From positions 1-64,000 of the IMG/VR virus record IMGVR_UViG_3300042878_001565: a DNA stretch of 64,000 bases, one strand, 5' to 3'. Below, in pieces: positions 1-9,374 of the stretch. The notes under the pieces were generated by a model. The model was not told the origin of the DNA and ran no database searches. It saw only the letters and a program-made list of their open reading frames with translations. The DNA is from a virus. The first letter of the stretch is position 1, and every line of letters begins with the position of its first letter. The translations under genes were made by a program, and so were the position numbers.

Positions 1-1
1 A

Positions 2-223
2 AAAGAAACATTAGAAGAAGCTGCTGAAAAATACATAGTAGAGGACAACAACAACAGGTACTACAATGATTTTATTGAAGGTGCTAAATACCAAGCAGAA
101 AGAATGTATAGTGAGGAAGAAGTATTGCAATTATTATATAAGAGAGATTTATACTTACTTAATAGAGATGAAACAGTAGAATTAGAATTACCCGAAGAAT
201 GGTTTGAACAATTTAAAAAATAG
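2..223 (+). CDS. 5'-truncated hypothetical protein (ETLEEAAE...ERMYSEEEV...WFEQFKK type, seen in Flavobacteriia phages)
   Basis: Own translation of frame 2: KETLEEAAEKY...FIEGAKYQAERMYSEEEVL...WFEQFKK, ending at TAG 221-223; not in the ORF track because the start lies outside the window. Confidence 0.75.
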   Translation, partial: KETLEEAAEKYIVEDNNNRYYNDFIEGAKYQAERMYSEEEVLQLLYKRDLYLLNRDETVELELPEEWFEQFKK

Positions 224-224
224 C

Positions 225-554
225 ATGAAACCTGCAAGAACTATCTACATCAAGCATTCAGGTAGTTTAACTGCAAAAGAAGTCTTTGAAATGATTTCAG
301 AAAATACTTCCAGAACTGAAGATTATGAACAATCTAAAAAGAAAGAAATGAAAACAATCACACGTTCAGTAATAACTCTAATGGAAATTCCAAAAGAGTT
401 TCACGATCATCCAGTACTAAAAAGACCTAAAATACATACGTATCTTGAATGTCACATAGATGGATTACCAGATGATGATTTTACAAAATGGTTGGTAAAA
501 ACATACCCAACTATAAAAAGAAAGATCAGTTTCTTAATTCACATAAACTTTTAA
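225..554 (+). CDS. hypothetical phage protein
   Basis: ORF track 204..554; ATG at 225, just after the upstream TAG, is the likelier start. Confidence 0.6.
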   Translation: MKPARTIYIKHSGSLTAKEVFEMISENTSRTEDYEQSKKKEMKTITRSVITLMEIPKEFHDHPVLKRPKIHTYLECHIDGLPDDDFTKWLVKTYPTIKRKISFLIHINF

Positions 555-914
555 GTGATATATATTGAATCAGAATGCGAACCAGAAGGTTCCATTGAAA
601 CAATTGTAGGAGTTTATTTAGAATTATCAGATGATGCAATCGCAGCAATTAGACAGGCATCGGCAGTATTACAAATACACGAGTCGTTTGACCACATTCA
701 ATTGTATATAGAAACAGCCTTTGGTGAAAATAAAAGTAAGTTGGTTACTGAAGAAGGAATACCAACAGAATGGAGATACGATACAGAAGTCATACGTATC
801 TACGGTAATACATTTAACTATAGAGCCCAAGGTAAATGGGATTCACGTGACTTGTATGAAAGCAAAGACTTTGAAATTAAAAACCTTAATAAACAAGAAA
901 AATGGACAGATTAA
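555..914 (+). CDS. hypothetical phage protein (acidic)
   Basis: GTG start directly after the upstream TAA; overlaps the next gene start. Confidence 0.65.
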   Translation: MIYIESECEPEGSIETIVGVYLELSDDAIAAIRQASAVLQIHESFDHIQLYIETAFGENKSKLVTEEGIPTEWRYDTEVIRIYGNTFNYRAQGKWDSRDLYESKDFEIKNLNKQEKWTD

Positions 915-2086
915 AATTAAATTCAGACGAGATTAAAGTAACATTGAAACACATTATTGAAAACAATAAAAACTTGCAAGCGCGTGGTAAAAAACCAGTT
1001 GCAATATCTATATGTGGTCCGGCTGGACTTGGTAAAACATCTTCTGTTCAAGAATTAAAAGAAGAATTAGGTATCAAACATTTCGAAAAGATTAATCTTG
1101 GACAAATGGATGAACTTGGTGATTTAGTTGGTATTCCTGTAAAAGAATACTGGATGACTACACCAGAAGGAAAAGGTAAATGGATTGATGAAGCGGTGAT
1201 AACTGAATTCAGAACTCAAGGATACACATTAACCAACAACTCACGCATGGGTTACTCAAAACCATCATGGATTGCAGGTAAAGGTGAAGGTGGTGTATTA
1301 GTTCTTGATGATTACACTCGTGCTCAACCAAGATTCATGCAAGCAATCATGGAAATTATCAATGATCAAGAATATATTTCATGGAAATTACCAAAGAATT
1401 GGACTGTAATCTTAACAGAAAATCCTGATGATGGAACATATAATGTTACTGACATGGATGCTGCTGCACGTTCAAGATTCATTACAATCGATATGAAATT
1501 TGAGGTTGAACCTTGGGCTGCATGGGCTGCAAAAGATGGTATTGATGAGAGATGTATCAACTTTATGTTGATGAATCCAGAGATCATTAAACCAGAAACA
1601 CCAGAGGTAAATCCAAGGGTTCTTGTTAAGTTCTTCGACTCATTGATTTCTATTCCTGATTTCAACGAACAACTACCATTGATTCAAATCATTGGTGAAG
1701 GTTCAGCAGGTCCTGAAGTAACGAGTATGTTCACGTCATTCATCCATAACAAGATGGACAAAATGATTTCTCCTAAAGAGATCTTGGACTTGACAAAACC
1801 GTTCGAAGGTATTGCACACAAAATTAAAGAACTTGTCAAAGAAGGCGTGGATTATCGTGCTGATTTAGGATACGTGTTAACAACGCGTTTGATTAACCAC
1901 ATGTTGATTAATGTTACAGACAAAGAAATCACTACAAAGTTCTTGGAAAGAGTTAAAGACTTAACTACAAGCGATGTACTTGGTGCAGATTTAAAATTTG
2001 TAATTGCAAAAAAAGTAATCAGTTCAAACAACAAATACAATTCATTGTTGATTGACGCTGATATTGTTGACATGATATTAGATTAA
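902..2086 (+). CDS. MoxR-like AAA+ ATPase
   Basis: Walker A GPAGLGKT, GDLVGIP segment, Walker B VLVLDDYTRA, sensor ILTENP, arginine finger DAAARSRF, later NPR motif. Confidence 0.88.
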   Translation: MDRLKLNSDEIKVTLKHIIENNKNLQARGKKPVAISICGPAGLGKTSSVQELKEELGIKHFEKINLGQMDELGDLVGIPVKEYWMTTPEGKGKWIDEAVITEFRTQGYTLTNNSRMGYSKPSWIAGKGEGGVLVLDDYTRAQPRFMQAIMEIINDQEYISWKLPKNWTVILTENPDDGTYNVTDMDAAARSRFITIDMKFEVEPWAAWAAKDGIDERCINFMLMNPEIIKPETPEVNPRVLVKFFDSLISIPDFNEQLPLIQIIGEGSAGPEVTSMFTSFIHNKMDKMISPKEILDLTKPFEGIAHKIKELVKEGVDYRADLGYVLTTRLINHMLINVTDKEITTKFLERVKDLTTSDVLGADLKFVIAKKVISSNNKYNSLLIDADIVDMILD

Positions 2087-2089
2087 AAA

Positions 2090-3091
2090 ATGAAAGTATT
2101 CAATCATGCAATCTTATTACCCCAGGAACTTTATTCTGGGGTTGATAAGATAACAGTATTAAATAATAATGGAATTGGATTCAAAAGTTATTCGTTTATA
2201 GCGATGTACATGGAGAATCAAAGAACAGGTAAATGTGCAAGTAAAGAAATAGATGAAGACGTTAAAGAAGCAATGTTTGATTTAGGAAATCAAGTCATTT
2301 ATGCTACAAAAAATTATGGCTTCAATGATATACCTGCTATATGTACCAAACCATCTTTTGAAAAAAAATTAAGACATCGTATTGTAGGAATAACTGATTT
2401 TTCTCAATATCGATTTATAACAATTGAAAAATTGTTAGATGTATTGTCCAAAGAAGGAACAAAGTTGCGTGACAATCAGGAACAAACTAAAAAAATTAAT
2501 AGGATCTACGAACTATTATCAAGAGAAGTTGATGAATATGGTGATTTAGGATTAGGTGACTATGTTTACATGCCAGCATTTGCAGTTGTATCGACACCAG
2601 AAACATGGGAACATTTGGTCATGAAAATTCCTGGAAAGATTGCAAGTGCAACTTGTTTCATATCAGATGCGGATGTAAACCTAATCCATCCTAAAGAAAT
2701 AATTCATTTCTCAAATCGAAAAGTGCTAGATGAAAAATCATTCTTTACATTAAGAGCATTACTTGAATCAACTGAAACTGAAGGGATGGCGTTAAAATTA
2801 ATTGATGGTTGTAATATTAGTAAATCATTAATGTATGTAGCATTATTAATAAATCATTTAAGGCTTGGTTTAGTTCGCCAAAAGAAAAGTCCGTTACCAA
2901 ATGTATCATTATGGTTTACAATGCACAACATGTTAACAGTAGATCAAATTGTAGAAACAATTAATTCTGAACAAGGTGGGTTAAATAAATTAACCAACGA
3001 TAATATGGAATTTATTGCTGATAACTATTATATCTCATCACAACAACAAAGCAGTCATTTTGAATTTAAACTTAAACCAAAAAAGAAGTAA
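2090..3091 (+). CDS. hypothetical protein coupled to the AAA+ ATPase gene
   Basis: 333-aa ORF starting 3 nt after the ATPase stop; no catalytic motif recognised. Confidence 0.7.
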   Translation: MKVFNHAILLPQELYSGVDKITVLNNNGIGFKSYSFIAMYMENQRTGKCASKEIDEDVKEAMFDLGNQVIYATKNYGFNDIPAICTKPSFEKKLRHRIVGITDFSQYRFITIEKLLDVLSKEGTKLRDNQEQTKKINRIYELLSREVDEYGDLGLGDYVYMPAFAVVSTPETWEHLVMKIPGKIASATCFISDADVNLIHPKEIIHFSNRKVLDEKSFFTLRALLESTETEGMALKLIDGCNISKSLMYVALLINHLRLGLVRQKKSPLPNVSLWFTMHNMLTVDQIVETINSEQGGLNKLTNDNMEFIADNYYISSQQQSSHFEFKLKPKKK

Positions 3092-3092
3092 T

Positions 3093-4130
3093 ATGGAAAG
3101 ACAACTAAATGAAGTTGAACAAGTAAACCAGGCATCATTTTATGAAAACCTGGATGAATTAAAATTAAGTGCTAGTGCAATCAAGTTGTTATTAGACAGC
3201 CCAAAATATTATTTTGAGCGTTACGTTCTTGGAAACAAAGAAGAGAAGCGTGGTAAACACTTTGATGAAGGTTCATTGGTTCACGCCTTTGTATTGGAAC
3301 CAGAACACGTACAAGAAAACTTTGTAAACATGGGTGTTGCTGCACCATCAGATAAAACAAAAGATTGTATTGATTACTTACTCGCTTTAGAAAGAAGTGC
3401 AACTGAACTGGAAGAATATTTTCCTGAAATCGTAGAATTTCTGCAAGAAATTAATCTTCACCAAGCACTTGTTGATGACAAAAAACCTAACAAAGAAGGG
3501 TTTATGTTTACAGGAGATGAGAAAAGAGTAGCAAAAATTGTTACTGATAACACCAGAGAGTATTTTAGATTGATGGTTGAAGCACGTGAAAAAACAATTG
3601 TTGATTCAGCTTCTTGGCAAAAATGTTTGGAAAAAGCAGAAGCAATTAACAGCAACCTACATGCTCGTTTCTTATTGAACGCAACTAAATCAACTGATGA
3701 AATCAGATTTGAATTAGAGTTGTCGGATAAACCAGCAGAATTAAAATACCAAATTAAAGGTGTTCTGGATGTAATCAAAGTTGATCGTGAAACAAAAACG
3801 ATTTACGTAAGTGATGTTAAAACAACCAATGGTACATTGAAAGATTTTGTAACATCTTCAGAAAAATTCAACTACTGGTTGCAAGAAGCTATCTATAATC
3901 GATTAGCACAATCATTAACTGTTGGAGCTGCATTTGATTACAAAGTAGTGTTTCATTTCATTGTTGTTGACAGAAACAATGACGTGTATTGTTTCCCTGT
4001 ATCTGAAGAATCGTCAGCAATGTGGAATGAAAACTTGAAAGAATTAATTAATGTAAAAGTTGATTATCATATTGCAAAACAAGACTTCACTTTACCATAC
4101 GAATTTGCAAACAATTTAATATCTTTGTAG
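3093..4130 (+). CDS. PD-(D/E)XK-family (RecE/RecB-like) exonuclease
   Basis: LSASAIK N-terminal motif, GSLVHAFVLEP, E...KGVLD...DVKTT catalytic core, YWLQEAIY; start set at ATG 3093. Confidence 0.82.
   Translation: MERQLNEVEQVNQASFYENLDELKLSASAIKLLLDSPKYYFERYVLGNKEEKRGKHFDEGSLVHAFVLEPEHVQENFVNMGVAAPSDKTKDCIDYLLALERSATELEEYFPEIVEFLQEINLHQALVDDKKPNKEGFMFTGDEKRVAKIVTDNTREYFRLMVEAREKTIVDSASWQKCLEKAEAINSNLHARFLLNATKSTDEIRFELELSDKPAELKYQIKGVLDVIKVDRETKTIYVSDVKTTNGTLKDFVTSSEKFNYWLQEAIYNRLAQSLTVGAAFDYKVVFHFIVVDRNNDVYCFPVSEESSAMWNENLKELINVKVDYHIAKQDFTLPYEFANNLISL
4120..4127 (+). promoter_or_regulatory. candidate Bacteroidota sigmaA -7 element (TAnnTTTG)
   Basis: TATCTTTG about 21 nt upstream of ATG 4149; no correctly spaced -33 element seen. 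Confidence 0.4.
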
Positions 4131-4148
4131 CCAAATAAATAATTAATT

Positions 4149-4529
4149 ATGTCAGAAGTAAACCAACAAAAAAACATGATGATTGTTTCTCAACTACACA
4201 TGGGAGAACCAACATTTAGCTTAATCGCTGTAACTGATAACTGTCCATACGTGGAGTGTGTTTATACACCACAGACAAAGCAGTTAGCAATCATTACTAA
4301 AACGCAAAAGGATACATTCCATTTCTTTCCAAGACTGGATGACAATGGTGATACAGTTCCTGCAAAACGTAGAGTTGATGGTCGTAATCTATACAAAGAA
4401 GAGCGTAAACAGATTAAAACTTTTTACGAATACTATCTTTCAGATGAAAAAGAAATCATTGCTTTCATAAACTTATTTGCAGTAAATGCAGAAGGTTTTA
4501 AAATTGCAAATTTCACAAAGAAAAAATAA
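4149..4529 (+). CDS. conserved hypothetical phage protein
   Basis: 126-aa ORF (CPYVECVY...PRLDDNGD...FAVNA) between a candidate promoter and a terminator. Confidence 0.75.
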   Translation: MSEVNQQKNMMIVSQLHMGEPTFSLIAVTDNCPYVECVYTPQTKQLAIITKTQKDTFHFFPRLDDNGDTVPAKRRVDGRNLYKEERKQIKTFYEYYLSDEKEIIAFINLFAVNAEGFKIANFTKKK

Positions 4530-4545
4530 TAAAATTAACATCTTG

Positions 4546-4581
4546 AAAGTGCGAGGTTCTACTTGAATCTCGCACTTTTTT
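4546..4581 (+). terminator. intrinsic terminator
   Basis: Stem AAAGTGCGAGGTTC / GAATCTCGCACTTT (one G-U), 5-nt loop, T-run. Confidence 0.85.
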
Positions 4582-4593
4582 ATTAACACGCGT

Positions 4594-5022
4594 ATGAGTT
4601 CAGTAGTTAACATAGTGAATTTATGGTATAACGACAATAGATCAGACAAGGTTTATAATGTCAAACTCGAATTATCAGATCCAAACGAACAAAAATGGAT
4701 AGTTGATTTCGAATATGGTAGAAGAGGAAATCATCTTGTTGAAGGCACTAAAACACCAACGCCAACAACATATCAAAAAGCAAAACAAATTTATGATAAA
4801 CTTATTCAATCCAAGGTAAACAAAGGATATGAGTATATTCAAAATCAAGAACAACTTCAAGCAAAAGTTTCATCGATGTTATTAAATCTACTTGATGTAT
4901 TTTACAAAAAAGATTGGATTAGCAACAATGAACTGCAAAAGTTACAAGGAATGTTACGCTCTCAAGATTGGGAGAGTCAACGATTAGCAGAGAAATTAAT
5001 TAATACTAAAATTATAAAATAA
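4594..5022 (+). CDS. WGR-domain protein
   Basis: SDKVY...WIVDFEYGRRG...A..IYDKLIQSKVNKGY matches the WGR signature; short helical C-terminal extension. Confidence 0.75.
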   Translation: MSSVVNIVNLWYNDNRSDKVYNVKLELSDPNEQKWIVDFEYGRRGNHLVEGTKTPTPTTYQKAKQIYDKLIQSKVNKGYEYIQNQEQLQAKVSSMLLNLLDVFYKKDWISNNELQKLQGMLRSQDWESQRLAEKLINTKIIK

Positions 5023-5585
5023 TGGGAGCAAGCAATTATACAAATTACGCACGTGCTAAAAACATGAATGAAGCATACAAACAATGTGTTGAAAATGCAG
5101 ATGATGAGTATGGTCACCAAGAAGGTTATTCAGGTGAGATAAATTGTTCAAATGGATTTGCTGATAAAACAAATGCATGGAAAGCAAGCAAATTAAAACT
5201 TGAAGATTACATCAACAAAAATGAAGATGCTGATGGAAAAGGTGGTGATGCCTGGGGTATTTGTTACAAAGAACCTGTAGGAAATGCAAACAAAGTTAAG
5301 TCTGTTGTTGAGCATGCTGTATTTAAAGGAACTCGCAAATGGGAATTGTTATACATACCATCAACGCCAAGCGATTCATGGGTTGGAAAAGGATCTGACA
5401 ATAAAGCAGAAGCTGTAAAAAGAGCCAGAACTTACACTGAAGAAACAGGCGAAACAACTGTTGTTAGAATAGAAAGAAGGCTTGCTAAAGATTCAGGAAG
5501 TAGTCAAGTAGCAAGAATAAATTATAAATCAAGTCCAAAAGAAGACAGAGGAAGTTATGTGTTTTTCGGATTAGCACCATGTTAA
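5022..5585 (+). CDS. hypothetical phage protein (MGA...EYGH.EGYSG type)
   Basis: 187-aa ORF; start overlaps the upstream stop (TAATG). Confidence 0.7.
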   Translation: MGASNYTNYARAKNMNEAYKQCVENADDEYGHQEGYSGEINCSNGFADKTNAWKASKLKLEDYINKNEDADGKGGDAWGICYKEPVGNANKVKSVVEHAVFKGTRKWELLYIPSTPSDSWVGKGSDNKAEAVKRARTYTEETGETTVVRIERRLAKDSGSSQVARINYKSSPKEDRGSYVFFGLAPC

Positions 5586-5586
5586 A

Positions 5587-7671
5587 ATGACATTAGCCAA
5601 AGGATACGTATATGATTATGAAACAACAGTTAATTGTTTTCTTGCAGTGTTTATCAACGTGCAGAATCCAAATGACATAGTTTCATTTGAAGTTAGTCAG
5701 TATGAAGATCAGATGCCTGAATACATGGGCTTCTTGCAATCATGCATAAAAAATAAAACATTGCTCGTATCTTACAATGGATTAAAATTTGACAGTCAAA
5801 TTTCAAGATATATACTAACAGAAGGATACAGCAACCGGTTACCCGGTTTTGCTGGTTCTTCGTTGGCTATTTATCAAATAGCACAGGAAGTCATTCGTCG
5901 TAGTAACATACATGAATTTCCAATGTTCCATCCAAAAGATAATCCGTTTAGAGAATGTGACATCCTTGCTATTAACAACTATGATAACCCTGCAAAAAGG
6001 TCATCGTTAAAATGGTTGCAATATAGTATGGATTGGTACAACGTAGAAGACATGGCCAAAAGTCATACAGAAATGCACGATCAAAAAGACATATTGTTAT
6101 TGAAAGCGTATTGTATAAATGACTGCTTATCTACCAGAGAATTGTTTATCAAAAACAAATCAGAGATTCTTTTACGTGGAAACTTATCGAAACACTTTAA
6201 GTTAGACCTACACAATGCGTCTGAACCAAAGTTAGCAAAGAAGATTTTCCTGAAACTGTTAGCTGAAAGAATGGGTGTGCCTGAATACGACCTTAATAAA
6301 AAGAGAACGTATAGAAAGAAGTTAGCTTTGAAAGAAGTCATCTTACCATACATTGCTTTTGAAACACCTGTATTTAAAGAAACATTGCGAAAATTTAAGT
6401 CATTAGTTCTGGATGGTGAAAATCTAAAAGGTTCATTCAATCATGACGTTATCTATCGTGGTATGCCAATTACATTTGCATTAGGTGGAATTCATGGTGC
6501 AAAGAAAGGTATATACAAATCAGATAAAGACTTTATTATAAAGTCCTTTGACGTTACATCGTACTACCCTAACCTTGCTATTAGAAACAAGTGGGCTCCA
6601 GCGCATATTCCAAAAGAATTGTTCTGTGAAATCTATGAAGGATTCTTTGAAGACAGGAAATTGTACAGCAAAAAAGATCCATTGAACTATGTGTATAAAA
6701 TTTTGTTGAATGCAACGTATGGTTTATCGAATGAAGAAAACTCATTCCTAAAGGATTCCATGTTCACTATGCGTATTACAGTAAATGGTCAGCTACTACT
6801 TATCCTATTAATGGAAAAGATATGCGAAACTATTCCTGGAGCACGTCCTGTAATGATTAATACAGATGGTGCAGAGATTATCATTCCAAGAGAATATGAA
6901 GGCTTGTACACACAGCTATGCGAAGAATGGGAAGAACTAACAATGCTTAATCTTGAGTATGAAAACTATCAAAAATTAATTACACCTGACATTAATAACT
7001 ACATCGGTATTTATGAAGGTAAGGAAATTGATGAAGCCACTGCTTTAGAAAGGATTCAAGAGATTCCAAAACCATTAATTAAAAGAACGCGTGATGGAAA
7101 GTTTAAATACTTTGGTGTAAAATGCAAAGGTAGATTTGAGGTTGATAAACCACTGCACAAAAATAAAAGTTACAGAATTAACCGATTGGCATTCTATAAT
7201 TATTTTGTACATGGTACACAACCAGAAGTTACAATTGCACAAAACAAGAGTATATATGATTACTGTGCAGGTGTTAGAGCAAAAGGTGAATGGAAATTTG
7301 TAGCAACTTGTTTAGAAGATGGTTCCATATTGGACAACAAACTTCCAAAAACACTTCGATATTATGTATCCACACAAGGATGCAAACTTCGAAAGTTAAA
7401 AGAAGAATGGGGTGTTCCAGTTAAACCTACAACAGAAGATTTATTTTCAGAACAAACGGTATGGTCAAATACACCTATACTGTTACAAGTAAAATCCATC
7501 AAGCTGGAAGCAGATAAATGCATGGAACAATTAGTAAACAGAGTAGATCCAAAAAAACAATTTGAAGACTATGATGTTGACTATAAATTCTATATCAAAA
7601 AAATAAGAAAAGAGATCAAAAATATTGATCCGGAGTATTCACAAGCAATGCAAGATTTTTATGCAGAATAG
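5587..7671 (+). CDS. polB: family B DNA polymerase with 3'-5' exonuclease
   Basis: Exo I YDYET, Exo II SYNGLKFD, Exo III YCIND; polymerase motifs A SFDVTSYYPN, B KILLNATYG, C NTDG. Confidence 0.93.
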   Translation: MTLAKGYVYDYETTVNCFLAVFINVQNPNDIVSFEVSQYEDQMPEYMGFLQSCIKNKTLLVSYNGLKFDSQISRYILTEGYSNRLPGFAGSSLAIYQIAQEVIRRSNIHEFPMFHPKDNPFRECDILAINNYDNPAKRSSLKWLQYSMDWYNVEDMAKSHTEMHDQKDILLLKAYCINDCLSTRELFIKNKSEILLRGNLSKHFKLDLHNASEPKLAKKIFLKLLAERMGVPEYDLNKKRTYRKKLALKEVILPYIAFETPVFKETLRKFKSLVLDGENLKGSFNHDVIYRGMPITFALGGIHGAKKGIYKSDKDFIIKSFDVTSYYPNLAIRNKWAPAHIPKELFCEIYEGFFEDRKLYSKKDPLNYVYKILLNATYGLSNEENSFLKDSMFTMRITVNGQLLLILLMEKICETIPGARPVMINTDGAEIIIPREYEGLYTQLCEEWEELTMLNLEYENYQKLITPDINNYIGIYEGKEIDEATALERIQEIPKPLIKRTRDGKFKYFGVKCKGRFEVDKPLHKNKSYRINRLAFYNYFVHGTQPEVTIAQNKSIYDYCAGVRAKGEWKFVATCLEDGSILDNKLPKTLRYYVSTQGCKLRKLKEEWGVPVKPTTEDLFSEQTVWSNTPILLQVKSIKLEADKCMEQLVNRVDPKKQFEDYDVDYKFYIKKIRKEIKNIDPEYSQAMQDFYAE

Positions 7672-9328
7672 AACAAAAACAGAAGAATTTTTAAGAGCAA
7701 TTAAATTGCCAGAAGAAACAAAGACGTATGCTGTAATCGGACATGGTTACATAATCGATAAGGTTAGAGAAATGCTTGCGTTAAAAGGGTTCGTTGTAAC
7801 AGAAGAACTATATAAAGGTGAGAACAAAGGACAGGAAGCAATGGCTTTCATGCAACTGGAAAATTCAAAAGATCCAGACATGGGAATGACATTCAACTGG
7901 ACCAATTCCTACAACAAAAAATTGAAATTCTCATGTGCTATTGGTGGATTTATCTACGACAGCAAAGTACCGTTTGTATCATCTGATTCTAAATCAAGAT
8001 ACAATCGACTACACAAAGGAACTGCATTAAGTGAAACAACTGAAGTGATTGAACAAATGATTGAACAAGCTGAAGAACATTTCGATAAGATTATTGAAAT
8101 GAAAGAAAAATTTGCAAGCATAGACGTGTCAAGAAAAGACTACGCTAAACTTATGGGTTTACTTTATTTTGATAAACAGGCAATCAGTTCAGAGCAAATA
8201 AACATTGTAAAACGTGAATACGATAAACCTTCGTTTAAATGTAATCATCCAGGAACATTGTGGAGTTTGTACAAAACAATTATGTTTGCTATTGTAGATC
8301 AATCGCCAAACCAATGGTATCAACAGCAAATTAAAATCAACAACTACGTTCAAATCTTGTACAATATTGCACATGAAGACAATCGTGATGGAGATAACTT
8401 TGTAGCTGAAGATGAACCAGAAATGCAAGTATCGTTAACAATGACGGATGAGCAAATTGAAATGATTGAATCTGAATATGCTTATCCATTGGAAACAGTA
8501 GGCGTAAGAGAATTTCCATTGGAAGATGGTCAATACGGAAAACCTTTTGATGAAGAAAATCCATTAGTTGAAGGTGAGGTAACTTTAGAAATAATTCCTG
8601 TAGAAGAAAAGTCTGAAGAACTCCAAGAAATTGATGAAGTTCTTATTGAAAAAGCTCAACCAGCTGTATCATTCTTTGATTCAATTGACAAAAAAGATAC
8701 ACCTACAGATTTTCCTCCAATTGGTTGTGAAGCAACATGTGATAACTGTGGTTCAGAAGATGTAATCTTTAATGCATCTGCTCAAATGATTTGTGATAAT
8801 TGTGGTCACGAAGAAGATACAGGATTAGCTATTAATGACGAAGAAATCATTGAAGAAGAACCAGAACAAGTTTTTGAAGAAGAAGTAGATGAATTGAACG
8901 ATATGTTCTTAAATGAAGATACATCAGATTCATTCGTAGAAGTTGACGAAATAGTTCTTCCTACAGCAAAACCTATTGAAGATGAATTTTCAATGGAAGA
9001 AGAAGAACCATGGCAAACAACTGAAACTCCTGAACAAATGAATGCATTGCGTAATGCAATGATTGCAGATGAAGAAGATTCAGTTATGCCTGAACCAGCA
9101 AAAGAACTACACATAGAAGATTTGTTTGATTTAGAAGAAGATTTCAATTTTGATGAAGAACCTGAACCTGTAGTTATACCTGTAGCAAAAACAGTTAAGA
9201 ACCCTAAAATTGGAGAGTTCATTGAGCGTTTCTATAAAGGTGATCCTAATCAAGGTAACTTACAAATTACTGAAACAGAACAGTACACCATCGTTGAATT
9301 AGATTCACACGAAACTTTTGTACTATAA
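7661..9328 (+). CDS. DUF932-like protein with a long acidic C-terminal region and a CxxC-CxxC zinc ribbon
   Basis: N-terminal TY..I.H...NSYN....F..AIG...R.HKG pattern; CDNC..CDNC; D/E-rich tail; start set at ATG 7661. Confidence 0.65.
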   Translation: MQNRTKTEEFLRAIKLPEETKTYAVIGHGYIIDKVREMLALKGFVVTEELYKGENKGQEAMAFMQLENSKDPDMGMTFNWTNSYNKKLKFSCAIGGFIYDSKVPFVSSDSKSRYNRLHKGTALSETTEVIEQMIEQAEEHFDKIIEMKEKFASIDVSRKDYAKLMGLLYFDKQAISSEQINIVKREYDKPSFKCNHPGTLWSLYKTIMFAIVDQSPNQWYQQQIKINNYVQILYNIAHEDNRDGDNFVAEDEPEMQVSLTMTDEQIEMIESEYAYPLETVGVREFPLEDGQYGKPFDEENPLVEGEVTLEIIPVEEKSEELQEIDEVLIEKAQPAVSFFDSIDKKDTPTDFPPIGCEATCDNCGSEDVIFNASAQMICDNCGHEEDTGLAINDEEIIEEEPEQVFEEEVDELNDMFLNEDTSDSFVEVDEIVLPTAKPIEDEFSMEEEEPWQTTETPEQMNALRNAMIADEEDSVMPEPAKELHIEDLFDLEEDFNFDEEPEPVVIPVAKTVKNPKIGEFIERFYKGDPNQGNLQITETEQYTIVELDSHETFVL

Positions 9329-9337
9329 TTATTTACC

Positions 9338-9367
9338 AGCCGCATCTTAATTGGTGCGGCTTTATCT
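9338..9367 (+). terminator. hairpin, probable weak intrinsic terminator
   Basis: AGCCGCATC / GGTGCGGCT stem, 6-nt loop, followed by TTATCT; intergenic. Confidence 0.6.
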
Positions 9368-9374
9368 TAAATCT

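Noticed and set aside
5587-7671. Intein or intron in the DNA polymerase (also considered for the RNAP)
   Set aside because: Motif spacing is normal, the frame is uninterrupted, and no intein C...HN-C/S/T or LAGLIDADG signature was recognised
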